Part shown: piece after piece, positions 1 through 9,820 of the stretch
Layout: each line of letters opens with the position of its first letter
Position numbering within the stretch: the stretch's first letter is position 1
Assembly (NCBI GenBank): GCA_005788175.1
Contig: SXYX01000014.1
Location: 87,277-151,276 of the forward strand
From: Acidobacteriota bacterium
Lineage (GTDB): Bacteria; Acidobacteriota; Holophagae; Holophagales; Holophagaceae
Length of the DNA: 64,000 nt
Direction: 5' to 3'
The notes under the pieces: model-generated
Told to the model about the DNA's origin: nothing
Database searches by the model: none
Seen by the model: only the letters and a program-made list of their open reading frames with translations
Program-made: the position numbers and the translations under genes

Positions 1-1
1 G

Positions 2-772
2 TCTATTTCAGATGATCTTATTGAAAGTGAATTATTTGGCCATATTAGGGGAAGTTTCGCTGGGGCTCTCAAAGATGCCCGTGGATGCTTCAGGGAAGCC
101 GATGGGGGAACGCTATTCCTCGATGAAATAGGCGATATGTCACTTCGAACTCAAGCCAAGGTACTTCGGGCTCTTCAGGAGGGACAAATTACCCCCCTTG
201 GATCTGATACATCACTTAAAGTTGATTGTCGCGTCATTGCTTCTACCAACAAAGATCTTGGCGAGTTAATTAAGTTGGGCCAGTTTAGAGAAGATCTGTA
301 TTTTCGACTCGCTGTAGTCCCACTGAGAGTTCCGTCACTCCGAGAGCGACCAGAAGACATTCTGCCTCTGTGCGAGTTGTTTATTAAACAAATTGCCAAA
401 CATTATGGGAAGAATCCCAAAAGTCTAACCCCAGAAGCGCGTAGCATTCTCACTTCGCATGATTGGCCGGGCAACGTTCGAGAACTAAAAAATTTGATGG
501 AACGTGCCATGATTTTGTCGCGTACATCTGAAATCCATAAACGAGATTTGCTTCCTCTTCCTTCTCGACAAATACATAATATTGATCCCTTCTCATTTCC
601 TGAATTCGCCACACTTAAAGATGCGAGAGATTGGTTTGAGAAGATATATTTGGAGAGAGAAATCCAACTACAAAAAGGAAATATGACTCGAGTTGCTGAA
701 AAAGCTGGGGTCGACCGATCAAATTTATATAAACGCCTTAAAGCATTAGGCATTGAACATCGGGAAAATTAA
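2..772 (+). CDS. sigma-54-dependent transcriptional activator (NtrC-family AAA+ domain plus Fis-type HTH); 5' end lies outside the window
   Basis: The frame is open from nt 2. It reads ESELFGH..GSFAGA...GGTLFLDEIGDM, then QAKVLRALQEG, FREDLYFRL, LRERPEDI and a C-terminal HTH (GNMTRVAEKAGVDRSNLYKRLK). Confidence 0.9.
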   Translation, partial: SISDDLIESELFGHIRGSFAGALKDARGCFREADGGTLFLDEIGDMSLRTQAKVLRALQEGQITPLGSDTSLKVDCRVIASTNKDLGELIKLGQFREDLYFRLAVVPLRVPSLRERPEDILPLCELFIKQIAKHYGKNPKSLTPEARSILTSHDWPGNVRELKNLMERAMILSRTSEIHKRDLLPLPSRQIHNIDPFSFPEFATLKDARDWFEKIYLEREIQLQKGNMTRVAEKAGVDRSNLYKRLKALGIEHREN

Positions 773-1191
773 TGCAACAACTATGGTTTAAAATTGGTGA
801 CGCAGCTCGAATTATTGGTGTTACACCTAAAGATCTGAGGTATTGGGAACTCAATCTAGAGTCTTTCAAGTCGAAAAGGAGCCAAGGGAATTTAAGATAC
901 TACCACCGCGATGATCTTCCTATTTTTCAAAAGATGAGGCAACTTATCGATTCCGGTTTATCTATTCGTGAGGCCGCCCGAGAAGCTTCTAAAATTACTC
1001 TGCCTCAAGATCCTGACATCTTTGTTCCTCATAATGAAATATTACTGGATCAGAATTCAATAGTCATCACAGATAAAGATACAGATAGCGATCTCATGAT
1101 GCAAATGAGACGACGAGAACAGATTCAGGTTGCAAAAGCGTCTCTTCGTGAAATGATCGATCAATTGAGTCGTCCGATTATCATTACTTGA
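772..1191 (+). CDS. MerR-family HTH protein
   Basis: The N-terminus [21 protein letters not shown]...[14 protein letters not shown] follows the MerR HTH pattern. Its ATG overlaps the upstream stop (TAATG). Confidence 0.7.
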   Translation: MQQLWFKIGDAARIIGVTPKDLRYWELNLESFKSKRSQGNLRYYHRDDLPIFQKMRQLIDSGLSIREAAREASKITLPQDPDIFVPHNEILLDQNSIVITDKDTDSDLMMQMRRREQIQVAKASLREMIDQLSRPIIIT

Positions 1192-1224
1192 CGAATCTCT
1201 TCAACACCTTTAAAGTTATAAATT

Positions 1225-1301
<77 letters not shown>

Positions 1302-1343
1302 ATCTAGATTAAATTTTTTAAAATAAAACTTCAGTGGATGATA

Positions 1344-2180
1344 CTAGACCAAGTGCATCCTGACTTCCCAAAGTAGGGGAAAGTATTTGGGCTCTGTTCG
1401 GCTCTTTAGATAATGAACCCCTGCCTCTCTAAAGGCTTGCCCCGATTCGCTTGGAGGTAAGGGAGTAGAATCTTCATTTTTAATTTTACTGACCTCTTGT
1501 TGTCCAGTGCCCGGCTTGAAACCTATCATGCGTTCCGCCATCAAAAAATGGCGATGTCGCCAGACCCTGAAAGATTCGTCATAATCCATCAAAGATTCGC
1601 AAAAGAAATGAAGTGAATCCCACTTTGGGTTGGTATAAATTATTTTTAACGATGCCAATTGATCTTTTTCTTCTTCAGTCGTAAATCTTTGTAGTTGGAG
1701 ATACTTCATAAACGCATCCCAAATCGTCGGTTCGAGAAAAGCTTTAGTCAGCGCATTATGACCAACAGAACCTGCCTCATAGAGTCCAAGGTAGCGCTCA
1801 TTTTTTAATCCAGACATAAACTCTAGGCATCGAAATTGATAACTTTGTAAGCCTGAGGCTGGATTAAGGAGATTTCTGAATCCAAGAAAAGATGTAGGAC
1901 TCATGGTTTCCATAACTAGTATCTGTTGATTTAAGACAGTAGTGATTTCATTACATCTTTTCATAATAGAAATTGATTGTGATAAATTTCCTTGCTCAAG
2001 ACAAGAAATCATTGCTTTGATCTCATGTGTAAGAAGTTTAAACCATAATTCATAAGCCTGATGAACCACAATAAATTGCATTTCGTCATGAGACATAGGC
2101 TGCGATAAAGGAGATTGGAGGCCTGTTAATTCAGAAATCTTTAAATAAGACTCATAATTGATAGGAGTTTTATTATTCAT
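1344..2180 (-). CDS. kynA: tryptophan 2,3-dioxygenase
   Basis: HDEMQFIVVHQAYELWFKLLTHE and the overall length and pattern are typical of bacterial TDO. Confidence 0.85.
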   Translation of the reverse strand: MNNKTPINYESYLKISELTGLQSPLSQPMSHDEMQFIVVHQAYELWFKLLTHEIKAMISCLEQGNLSQSISIMKRCNEITTVLNQQILVMETMSPTSFLGFRNLLNPASGLQSYQFRCLEFMSGLKNERYLGLYEAGSVGHNALTKAFLEPTIWDAFMKYLQLQRFTTEEEKDQLASLKIIYTNPKWDSLHFFCESLMDYDESFRVWRHRHFLMAERMIGFKPGTGQQEVSKIKNEDSTPLPPSESGQAFREAGVHYLKSRTEPKYFPLLWEVRMHLV

Positions 2181-2196
2181 CAGTGCACCTTAGAAA

Positions 2197-2652
2197 TTAT
2201 TGACATTGAGGACATACTCCAAAAAATTCCAGAGAGTGGCGCAGTGAGGTAAAGCCTGTTTGTTTTTCTATTTGCTCAATACCGTTAATCTCACAATGTT
2301 CGATTGCTTCCACCTTAGAGCATTTAATACAAACCACATGATGGTGATGGTCACTATCTCGGAGATTTGACTCGTAACGGATAATTCCATCTCCAAAGTC
2401 AATTCGTCTTAAGAGATTTATCTCTTCAAATTTAGCTAAGGAGCGGTAGATAGTGACCTTGTCTAAATTCTTATTCATTCCTTGGACGGTATCGGTGGAG
2501 AAAGGTCCCTGATTCTTAATAAAAAATCTGATCAAGGCTTCTCGATGAGCAGTTCTTTTGTATCCAGCTTGCTTGAGTAAATTCATAGCTTGGTGAAAAA
2601 GTCCGTCTTGAAATTCAAGTGCTGGAGGGGAATGAGGATGTTCTTTAGCCAT
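2197..2652 (-). CDS. Fur-family metalloregulator (Fur/Zur/PerR type)
   Basis: A winged-helix N-domain is followed by DHHHHVVCIKCSKV...CPQC (His cluster plus two CxxC pairs). Confidence 0.85.
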   Translation of the reverse strand: MAKEHPHSPPALEFQDGLFHQAMNLLKQAGYKRTAHREALIRFFIKNQGPFSTDTVQGMNKNLDKVTIYRSLAKFEEINLLRRIDFGDGIIRYESNLRDSDHHHHVVCIKCSKVEAIEHCEINGIEQIEKQTGFTSLRHSLEFFGVCPQCQ

Positions 2653-2739
2653 AAGGTCGAATAAAGAAATGAAGAAAGAGTTATGGAAGGGCTATTTAAG
2701 TGAGAATATATAAACATACCTTATCGTAATCGAGGAACA

Positions 2740-3486
2740 ATGAGCGAACGACTTATTTTAGTTACTAATGACGACGGGATTCAATCTGAAGGTATCGATC
2801 TTTTGGCCACAATAGCCTCAGCCTTTGGCAGAGTTGTTGTTATTGCTCCAGATCGGAATAGATCCGCTATATCAAGCGCCCTATCTCTCCACGTTCCAGT
2901 CAGAATGAACGAATTGGGTTCCGATCGTTATTCATGTGATGGCACTCCTGTTGATTGTGTCAATTTGGCATTCTATAATAAGTTGGAAAGAAAACCAGAT
3001 TGGGTTCTCAGTGGAATCAATTATGGTTGGAATTTAGGAGAAGATGTTTTCTACTCTGGTACGGTGGCAGCAGCTATTGAGGGGTGTCTACTTGGAGCGC
3101 GATCGGCGGCTTTTTCTTTAACAACTAAAGGTGATCTCAAAAATACTAAGCCTTTCTTGACAAAATTTTTAGAGCAGTGGGAAAAAATGCCACTACCGCA
3201 ACAAACTATTTGGAATATCAATTTCCCCCAACAGAAACCCATCGGTGTTCGATTAACGGGTCAAGATAATCGGGCATATCACGATGTTGTCGAACAAAGA
3301 AATGATCCTCGAGGTAAACCTTACTATTGGATTGGTGGAGAAAGCGCTCCTACCTATTCTCGACAAGAAGGTTGCGATGCAGATGCAGTCTTAGATCAAT
3401 GGATCAGCGTCACACCCCTTAAATTGGACTTGAGTCACCGAGATGTCATGGCTCGCCAAGATGAATTTAAGAATCTTTTTGGATAA
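2740..3486 (+). CDS. surE: 5'/3'-nucleotidase SurE
   Basis: N-terminal ILVTNDDGIQSEGI and YSGTVAAAIEG motifs. Confidence 0.9.
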   Translation: MSERLILVTNDDGIQSEGIDLLATIASAFGRVVVIAPDRNRSAISSALSLHVPVRMNELGSDRYSCDGTPVDCVNLAFYNKLERKPDWVLSGINYGWNLGEDVFYSGTVAAAIEGCLLGARSAAFSLTTKGDLKNTKPFLTKFLEQWEKMPLPQQTIWNINFPQQKPIGVRLTGQDNRAYHDVVEQRNDPRGKPYYWIGGESAPTYSRQEGCDADAVLDQWISVTPLKLDLSHRDVMARQDEFKNLFG

Positions 3487-3489
3487 TCA

Positions 3490-5574
3490 CTAAACAGGAA
3501 GAGTAAGGACAAAACGACTTCCCTTTGGTAATGCTTCATAGTGGGCTGTTCCACCATGATCTTCAACGATTTTTTGAACAATTGCAAGACCTAGTCCTGT
3601 ACCCTTTCGCTTCATTGAGAAATAAGGCTCAAAGAGCTGCTCCTGATTTTCGGGTCTTACACCAGGGCCGTTATCCTCGATTTTAAACGAGACTTTAGAT
3701 CCTGTACGCTCTAGTATAAGTCGAATTGTTGGTGACTCTCGAACAGGCGGATGCTCATTCAATATCGATAGCGCATTGTCAATCAAATTAATGAGAGCTC
3801 GTTTGATCATATCTTGATCCCACTTAGCAAAAGTACAACTTGGATCGGAAGTAATAGACCATTGGATCCCAGGATGATTAGGTTCATATAAAGCCGAGAC
3901 AGATCGAAGTAAATCAATAGGATTACATGCTTGAAGAACGGGTGTTGGAAGCCTTGCGAATTTGGAAAAACTATCAACAAGATTTGAGATACTTGCGACT
4001 TCTGACAATATGGTTTGAGAACCTTCCTCAACGGAACTAATATCTAAACGACCCTCTCTGCTTTTTCGGAGCATCAATTGGGCTGTGAGTTGAATCGGAG
4101 TCAGGGGATTTTTGATTTCATGCGCCATACGTCGAGCCACTTCCTGCCAAGCAGCCCGCTTTTCTGCTTGCGCTAGGAGAGATAAATCTTCGAGAACAGC
4201 TAGAATTCCCCCATCAGACTGGAGTTCCAAGATGGCACGAATAAGTCGGCCCTCGCCTTCTCCACCAATACGAAATTCTTCCTGAAGACGTCGGCCGGTT
4301 TCTTTGACGGTTTCTTTTAATCGATGAAGCGTATCGATGCCTGGTAAATCTTTAATAGCGTCCCATTTTTGAAGATCGTGTCGAAATATTTTCAATCCAA
4401 ACAGATGAGAAGCAGAATTATTCATAATAGCTAACTCTCCGGACGCGCGCCAACTAATGACTCCGACTGGAAGAGTATCTAATAACTTATCTAGGTAGAG
4501 ACGTTGTTGTTCAATATTTTGAGATTGTTCTTGTATGGATGTCTGACTTTTTTTTAAGTCACGCGTCATGGCATTAAAACTTTGTGCCAAGAATGTTAAT
4601 TCATCTTCACCGGTAATGGCTAAATCAACATCTAAATCACCAGATCCTACCCGTTGAGCTGCTTTTGCTAAACTTCGGATAGGTTCCGATAAGGATTTGG
4701 CAAGAGCGAGTCCGAACCATACAGCAATAAAAAGCGTGAGGAGAGTTAATAAAGTAAAAGTACGTTGAGGCAGGATTTCAATCACTTCTCGTGCGCTTAT
4801 CAAATCGCTCTCTTCTCGGTAGCGTTGACGTATGGTGAGAATCCGATTGTAAGTTTCCAATGGAATTAGAACCCCAATAACCCATCGTTCCCCATTTTGA
4901 TCAATATTCTGAAAAATCCACTCTCCTTCCGGAGAGATAATTCTTTTTTTTATAGCTGTCGTTTTGGGCCACAATGGAGATTTCAATCCGTTTTTAATAT
5001 CTACAGTTTTAAGTTGCCAAGCTCGTCCATCTTTATTGGAGAGAGACCCCAATAGATCCACACCAATGTCTTTAGATTTGAGGGAAGAGAAATTCCGAGT
5101 CTTTTTGACCTCTAAAGATGCATTTGATAAACGATTCTGGTAAGTACGCTCCAGTTCATCAGCGATTTTCTTTCCGCTCGAAAGCACATTTTGAACTTCG
5201 GGCTCAAACCAGCGATCAACATTTTTAGAGATAAAGTTGCGTCCAACAAAGAAAAGTATAAGACTCGGAATAATACTGACTGCAAAAAGAGTAGTAACTA
5301 ATCGTGATCTTAGTTTTGATCCTAGAATGCCCCGCCGCCTCTCAAAATATAACTTGGCAATAATGCGAACCAACATAAAGAGTAGTGCAGCAATCGCAAT
5401 GACATTTATGATACCTACGCCAACTAAAATCCATCTCGATGGGGCATCAAGGCTACCGCCTACTTGAGCACTGAGTGTCTTATAGATTCCAAAAATAACC
5501 CAAATGACAGCAACGAGTCCTGCTCCAAGATAGAGACGAGTAAGTTCTGGTTCACGTTTTGGTTGCAAATTCAA
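3490..5574 (-). CDS. membrane sensor histidine kinase (NtrY-like: TM-HAMP-PAS-HisKA-HATPase)
   Basis: N-terminal TM helices, H-box MAHEIKNPLTPI, N-box LINLIDNA, and G-boxes EDNGPGV / GTGLGLAIV. Confidence 0.85.
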   Translation of the reverse strand: MNLQPKREPELTRLYLGAGLVAVIWVIFGIYKTLSAQVGGSLDAPSRWILVGVGIINVIAIAALLFMLVRIIAKLYFERRRGILGSKLRSRLVTTLFAVSIIPSLILFFVGRNFISKNVDRWFEPEVQNVLSSGKKIADELERTYQNRLSNASLEVKKTRNFSSLKSKDIGVDLLGSLSNKDGRAWQLKTVDIKNGLKSPLWPKTTAIKKRIISPEGEWIFQNIDQNGERWVIGVLIPLETYNRILTIRQRYREESDLISAREVIEILPQRTFTLLTLLTLFIAVWFGLALAKSLSEPIRSLAKAAQRVGSGDLDVDLAITGEDELTFLAQSFNAMTRDLKKSQTSIQEQSQNIEQQRLYLDKLLDTLPVGVISWRASGELAIMNNSASHLFGLKIFRHDLQKWDAIKDLPGIDTLHRLKETVKETGRRLQEEFRIGGEGEGRLIRAILELQSDGGILAVLEDLSLLAQAEKRAAWQEVARRMAHEIKNPLTPIQLTAQLMLRKSREGRLDISSVEEGSQTILSEVASISNLVDSFSKFARLPTPVLQACNPIDLLRSVSALYEPNHPGIQWSITSDPSCTFAKWDQDMIKRALINLIDNALSILNEHPPVRESPTIRLILERTGSKVSFKIEDNGPGVRPENQEQLFEPYFSMKRKGTGLGLAIVQKIVEDHGGTAHYEALPKGSRFVLTLPV

Positions 5575-5603
5575 ATTAGTACCTCATAACAAGGCTATCT
5601 GAT

Positions 5604-6008
5604 CTAAAGCCATTTTTCATAGAGATGAGCATTTTCGCCGTCTGGATAATACGCAATTCTTTCATGAAAAAAAGACCAGCCAAGGTTTTGATAGAGTTTA
5701 AGGGCTGCCGTGTTACTTTCTCGGACTTCTAATAATAAATGCTCGATTTCAAGATCCATGAAGTATCGTTCGCTAGATAGAAGCAGCTGTTTAGCTTTCC
5801 CCTTTCTTTGCTGAGAGGGATTAGTTTGAACTCGCAACAGTTCAGCCTCTTTTGCAATCACGTTGAGGCTCCATCGAGCATAAGCCCATGGAGCTTCAAT
5901 AAATAAAATTTCTTGAGCGGATAAGGGGGGCCAAGGATTAGAAAAAATATGTGTTTCGAGTTCGCTGATCCAAGAGGGGTAAGCATCTGAGGGAGTTAGG
6001 TGATTCAT
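5604..6008 (-). CDS. rimI: GNAT acetyltransferase, probably ribosomal-protein-alanine acetyltransferase RimI
   Basis: GNAT acetyl-CoA motif QQRKGKAKQLL. The gene sits directly downstream of tsaB, which is the usual arrangement. Confidence 0.7.
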   Translation of the reverse strand: MNHLTPSDAYPSWISELETHIFSNPWPPLSAQEILFIEAPWAYARWSLNVIAKEAELLRVQTNPSQQRKGKAKQLLLSSERYFMDLEIEHLLLEVRESNTAALKLYQNLGWSFFHERIAYYPDGENAHLYEKWL

Positions 6009-6015
6009 GGTTCTA

Positions 6016-6693
6016 TCACTTTAGAGAAGAAGTGTTGCTTCTAGATGATCTTAAGTGTATCTCTGCGTCCGTTTCGCGAATATAAATTGGTACAAGTGGT
6101 TTCTGAGGTGTCATTTTAATTTTTAATCTACTAATGTCTACCAAACCTTGGAGCGTTATTACTTCCTCTTGGGCAGACAAAGATAATGGACTAGTAAAGT
6201 TCTGTATATTTGTGGATACAGAGTTAGGTACCCACCAAGGATCTTGTCCTACTGTTTCTTTGAAGCGCTGAATAGACATCAATGTGGCAGGTGCTAGAGG
6301 GGCCTCGTGGCTCCAAGGTTGAACAAACAAATCGCCACGTTGGCCCTCAAGAGCAATCCAGCAAAGGGGAATGTGTTGATCAAGATTGAGTGCGGCATGA
6401 CGAAGTTCAAATGAAGTAAAGCTCCAGGAAGGTAAACCGCCAACGGCTAGTCCCTCAGCCGTGGCAACTCCCACTCGTAAACTAGTAAATCCACCTGGAC
6501 CCACTCCGCAGACCACACCTTGAATCTGATCACGATCCAAATTATGCTTTTCAAATAATGTATTTATGGACGCCATTAGGAGCGCACTATGACGCTTCCC
6601 TTTCTCAGACGGGATGGCCACACAAAAGGATTTTGTATCATTGAATACAGCTAAGTAAATAACTTCGGTGGCAGAATCGAGGGCGAGAATCAT
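6016..6693 (-). CDS. tsaB: tRNA t6A biosynthesis protein TsaB (YeaZ)
   Basis: MILALDSATEV N-terminus and GVGPGGFTSLRVGVATAEGLA motif. Confidence 0.85.
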   Translation of the reverse strand: MILALDSATEVIYLAVFNDTKSFCVAIPSEKGKRHSALLMASINTLFEKHNLDRDQIQGVVCGVGPGGFTSLRVGVATAEGLAVGGLPSWSFTSFELRHAALNLDQHIPLCWIALEGQRGDLFVQPWSHEAPLAPATLMSIQRFKETVGQDPWWVPNSVSTNIQNFTSPLSLSAQEEVITLQGLVDISRLKIKMTPQKPLVPIYIRETDAEIHLRSSRSNTSSLK

Positions 6694-6731
6694 GATCCTT
6701 ACCTAACCCTTGGAGAAAAAACCCAAAGAAA

Positions 6732-6953
6732 CTAAGCGGTTTTTTTTACGCGACTTAACCCTCTAGGCGCTTTAGTAATTTTTCCTGCCTGAATACAAGC
6801 AGTACAAACCGAAATACGTTTGGGTACGCCGTCAACAAAAGCCCGAACAGTTTGGAGATTGGGATTCCATCGACGTTTAGTCACATTATTAGAGTGTGAA
6901 ACATTGTTACCAAATTGTGGTTTTTTTCCGCAGACAAAGCATTGACGAGACAT
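6732..6953 (-). CDS. rpmB: 50S ribosomal protein L28
   Basis: [34 protein letters not shown]. Confidence 0.95.
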   Translation of the reverse strand: MSRQCFVCGKKPQFGNNVSHSNNVTKRRWNPNLQTVRAFVDGVPKRISVCTACIQAGKITKAPRGLSRVKKTA

Positions 6954-7199
6954 GGGAACCCTCGGTTTTAAGTCGATTTTCGTGATTTATTAGTTTATCA
7001 GCGAACTCCAAAACTCGCAAAGTGTGATTTCAAAGGGCAGTGGCCCCTTATGTTTACCTGAACTGTCCGATGGTTGAAGGTAGCGGCAATCTCCTTGGGC
7101 AAAATACATTTTTTTTGAACCAACAAATTACCTAATGAATCATTGGGGTTCATGTGGTTTTGACCCCCCCCATAAAGAGATTGGTCAACGAAAGACCTA

Positions 7200-7230
7200 T
7201 TGACAGACCCCTATGGGGATGCCTCATTAT
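7200..7230 (+). promoter_or_regulatory. candidate sigma-70 promoter for topA
   Basis: A perfect TTGACA (7200-7205), an 18-nt spacer and TCATTA(T) lie about 35 nt upstream of the GTG start. The -10 element is weak. Confidence 0.25.
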
Positions 7231-7264
7231 CCGCTATTAACCCTTATGTGGAGACGAAGCCCTC

Positions 7265-9820
7265 GTGAAACTCGTTATTGTTGAAAGTCCAACTAAATCT
7301 AAAACTATCAGTAAATATCTAGGAAAAGATTTTAAAGTTTTAGCTTCGGCTGGTCATATTCGAGATCTTCCTCCACAAGAAACAATTACATTAACTGAGG
7401 GCAAAAGAGAGACCATTGATGTCGAAAATGATTTTGAAGAATATTATGAGATCCCCGAACGTCAAAAAAAGAATGTCGCTGAACTTAGAAAATTTTCTAA
7501 ATCAGCAGATCAAATCTATCTAGCAACAGATCCTGATCGAGAAGGAGAAGCCATAGCTTGGCACTTACTCGAAGTTATCAAACCTCCTAAAAATCTACCG
7601 GTTCACCGTATTTTATTTAATGAAATAACACCCAATGGAATTAAGGTGGCTATGCAACATCCTAGAGATGTTGATCAACACCTTGTAGATGCTCAAAGAG
7701 CACGTCGTGTCTTGGATCGCCTTGTGGGATATAAAGTCTCAAAAGTTTTATGGGATAAGGTCCGACGGGGTCTTAGTGCAGGCCGAGTCCAGAGCATTGC
7801 CTTACGACTAATTGTGGACAGAGAAAGAGAAATTGAAGCCTTCAAGCCCATTGAATATTGGATATTCAAAGGTGAGTTTAAACCCCTGCGAAATGTTAAA
7901 CCTTCGACTTTTTGGATGCGCCTAAAAAAAATAGACGACCAGATGATTCAATTTGGAAACGCGGAGCAGAAAATTAGAATTGGTAACGAAAAAGATGCTC
8001 AGATTCTTCATCTAGAACTTAGAAAAGCTAAATATACAATTACAGATTTGAACACAAAGGAAAAGCGTCGAAATCCGGCAGCTCCATTTACTACTGCGGC
8101 TCTTCAACGAGAAGCTTCTAATAAATTAGGTTTCGGTGCAACGCGAACTATGCAAACTGCTCAGCGTCTTTATGAGGGTGTCGACTTAGGTTCAGGAGAA
8201 CCAATTGGTCTGATCACCTATATGCGAACTGATTCTCCACGCATGGCATCCGAAGCTATTGAAGGTGCCAGAGGGTTCATTGAACAAAAATACGGAAAGG
8301 AGTTCCTCCCTAAAGAACCGCGCATCTATAAGGGAAAATCGGATGCTCAAGATGCCCATGAATCCATACGCCCTACCGATTTTAATCGAACTCCCGAGTC
8401 CATCCGGGGACACCTAGATCCTTCACAGTTCAGACTTTATGCACTAATTTGGCGCCGGGCTGTAGCCTCGCAAATGGAATCTTCTCGTTTCGATCTTACA
8501 ACCGTCAATGCTTCGAGCACTTTAACCAATAAACAAGAAGTAATCTTTGAGGCTAAGGGTGAAATTGAACGATTTTCTGGATGGCTAAGTGTTTACAGAG
8601 CTGACGAAGAAGAGTCTATGGCAGAAAGCATTAAAGATGCGACTAAAAATCAAGGCGAGGAGGAAGAAGAAGAATCTATCGGGCTACCCGATCTACAACC
8701 TAACGAAATACTTGAACTCGTTAATACCGATGTTAATCAGCAATTTACTAAACCTCCTGCACGATATAACGATGCATCCCTTATTGAGAAATTAGAAAAA
8801 GAAGGTATTGGTCGTCCAAGTACTTATGCGGCCATTATAGAAACTGTTCAAAAGAGAGAGTACGTAGTCAAAATTGAAAAATCATTTAAGCCAACGCAAC
8901 TTGGAATGGTAGTTGGTGATCTGCTAGTAGAAGGATTTCAAGAACTTATGGAAATGGGTTACACCCGACACCTCGAGGAAGATCTAGATTTAATCGAAGA
9001 AGGTAAAAAAACATACGCGGCTACTCTCCACGAGTTCTATAAGCCTTTTATCAAACTAGTTAATTCAGCTGGTAAGAAAATGCAGGATTTAAAGGCAGGA
9101 GTACCTACGGGTGAGACGTGTCCTAAGTGCGGGGAAGAGCATGGCGGTAAGTTAATCAAACGAATCGGTCGTAATGGTTTGTTTTTAGGATGTACGCGAT
9201 ATCAAAAACCTAAAAAAACAAAAAAGAAAAAAATAGAAGAAGCGGTTGATATACATACATGTGACTACACAAGAGACTTAGAGGAAATTGACCCCAATAT
9301 TGACCCCCCTGAGTGTCCGCTTTGTGGTGCAACACCCATGATACTTAAACGCGGACAATATGGTCCTTTTTGGGCTTGTCCTAATGGACCCAAGGATTGC
9401 AAAGGTATCGTGAAGGCAGATCCAAAGGGCATTCCAGCTCCTCCGGACGAACGTACGGAAGAAAAATGTCCTAACGGCGATGGGTATTTTGTTAAACGAT
9501 GGGGACGCTATGGTCTTTTCACCTGTTGCGAGCATTATCCAACATGTAAAACAGTCAAGCGAGAAATTCTTGAGGGCTTCCAGTGTCCTAAGTGTCAATC
9601 AGATATTTCTCCTCGGAAAAGTCGATTTGGCAAAATCTTTTATGGGTGTACTAACTATCCAAAATGTGACTTTATTACATGGGATAAACCGCGACCTATT
9701 TCTTGTCCACAATGCTCCAATTCCTATATGGGCGAAAAGGTAAGAAAACCGAGGGGCAAAGACCCCATTACGGTGCTGTTATGTCCGGAGTGCAAACACG
9801 AAGAGCCACTTCCTACCTAA
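7265..9820 (+). CDS. topA: DNA topoisomerase I with a C-terminal array of about 5 zinc ribbons
   Basis: GTG start. TOPRIM region (LVIVESPTKSKTI, ATDPDREGEAIAWH), LITYMRTDS active-site Tyr region, and repeated CxxC...CxxC ribbons. Confidence 0.95.
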   Translation: MKLVIVESPTKSKTISKYLGKDFKVLASAGHIRDLPPQETITLTEGKRETIDVENDFEEYYEIPERQKKNVAELRKFSKSADQIYLATDPDREGEAIAWHLLEVIKPPKNLPVHRILFNEITPNGIKVAMQHPRDVDQHLVDAQRARRVLDRLVGYKVSKVLWDKVRRGLSAGRVQSIALRLIVDREREIEAFKPIEYWIFKGEFKPLRNVKPSTFWMRLKKIDDQMIQFGNAEQKIRIGNEKDAQILHLELRKAKYTITDLNTKEKRRNPAAPFTTAALQREASNKLGFGATRTMQTAQRLYEGVDLGSGEPIGLITYMRTDSPRMASEAIEGARGFIEQKYGKEFLPKEPRIYKGKSDAQDAHESIRPTDFNRTPESIRGHLDPSQFRLYALIWRRAVASQMESSRFDLTTVNASSTLTNKQEVIFEAKGEIERFSGWLSVYRADEEESMAESIKDATKNQGEEEEEESIGLPDLQPNEILELVNTDVNQQFTKPPARYNDASLIEKLEKEGIGRPSTYAAIIETVQKREYVVKIEKSFKPTQLGMVVGDLLVEGFQELMEMGYTRHLEEDLDLIEEGKKTYAATLHEFYKPFIKLVNSAGKKMQDLKAGVPTGETCPKCGEEHGGKLIKRIGRNGLFLGCTRYQKPKKTKKKKIEEAVDIHTCDYTRDLEEIDPNIDPPECPLCGATPMILKRGQYGPFWACPNGPKDCKGIVKADPKGIPAPPDERTEEKCPNGDGYFVKRWGRYGLFTCCEHYPTCKTVKREILEGFQCPKCQSDISPRKSRFGKIFYGCTNYPKCDFITWDKPRPISCPQCSNSYMGEKVRKPRGKDPITVLLCPECKHEEPLPT

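Noticed and set aside
1302-1343. tRNA-Pro was considered as a possible integration hotspot or genomic-island boundary.
   Set aside because: There is no integrase, no direct repeat of the tRNA 3' end and no phage or IS genes on either side. The neighbours are ordinary chromosomal genes.
7036-7120. The segment GGGCAGTGGCCCCTTATGTTTACCTGAACTGTCCGATGGTTGAAGGTAGCGGC...TTTTTTTT in the rpmB-topA spacer superficially resembles the E. coli 4.5S/SRP RNA stretch TGTTTACCAGGTCAGGTCCGGAAGGAAGCAGCC.
   Set aside because: The near-universal domain IV elements (GGAA/GNRA tetraloop closing UCC/GGA, and the AGCA asymmetric loop) are absent. I also cannot draw a long hairpin with a matching 3' arm. The similarity is probably coincidental, and an Infernal scan would settle it.
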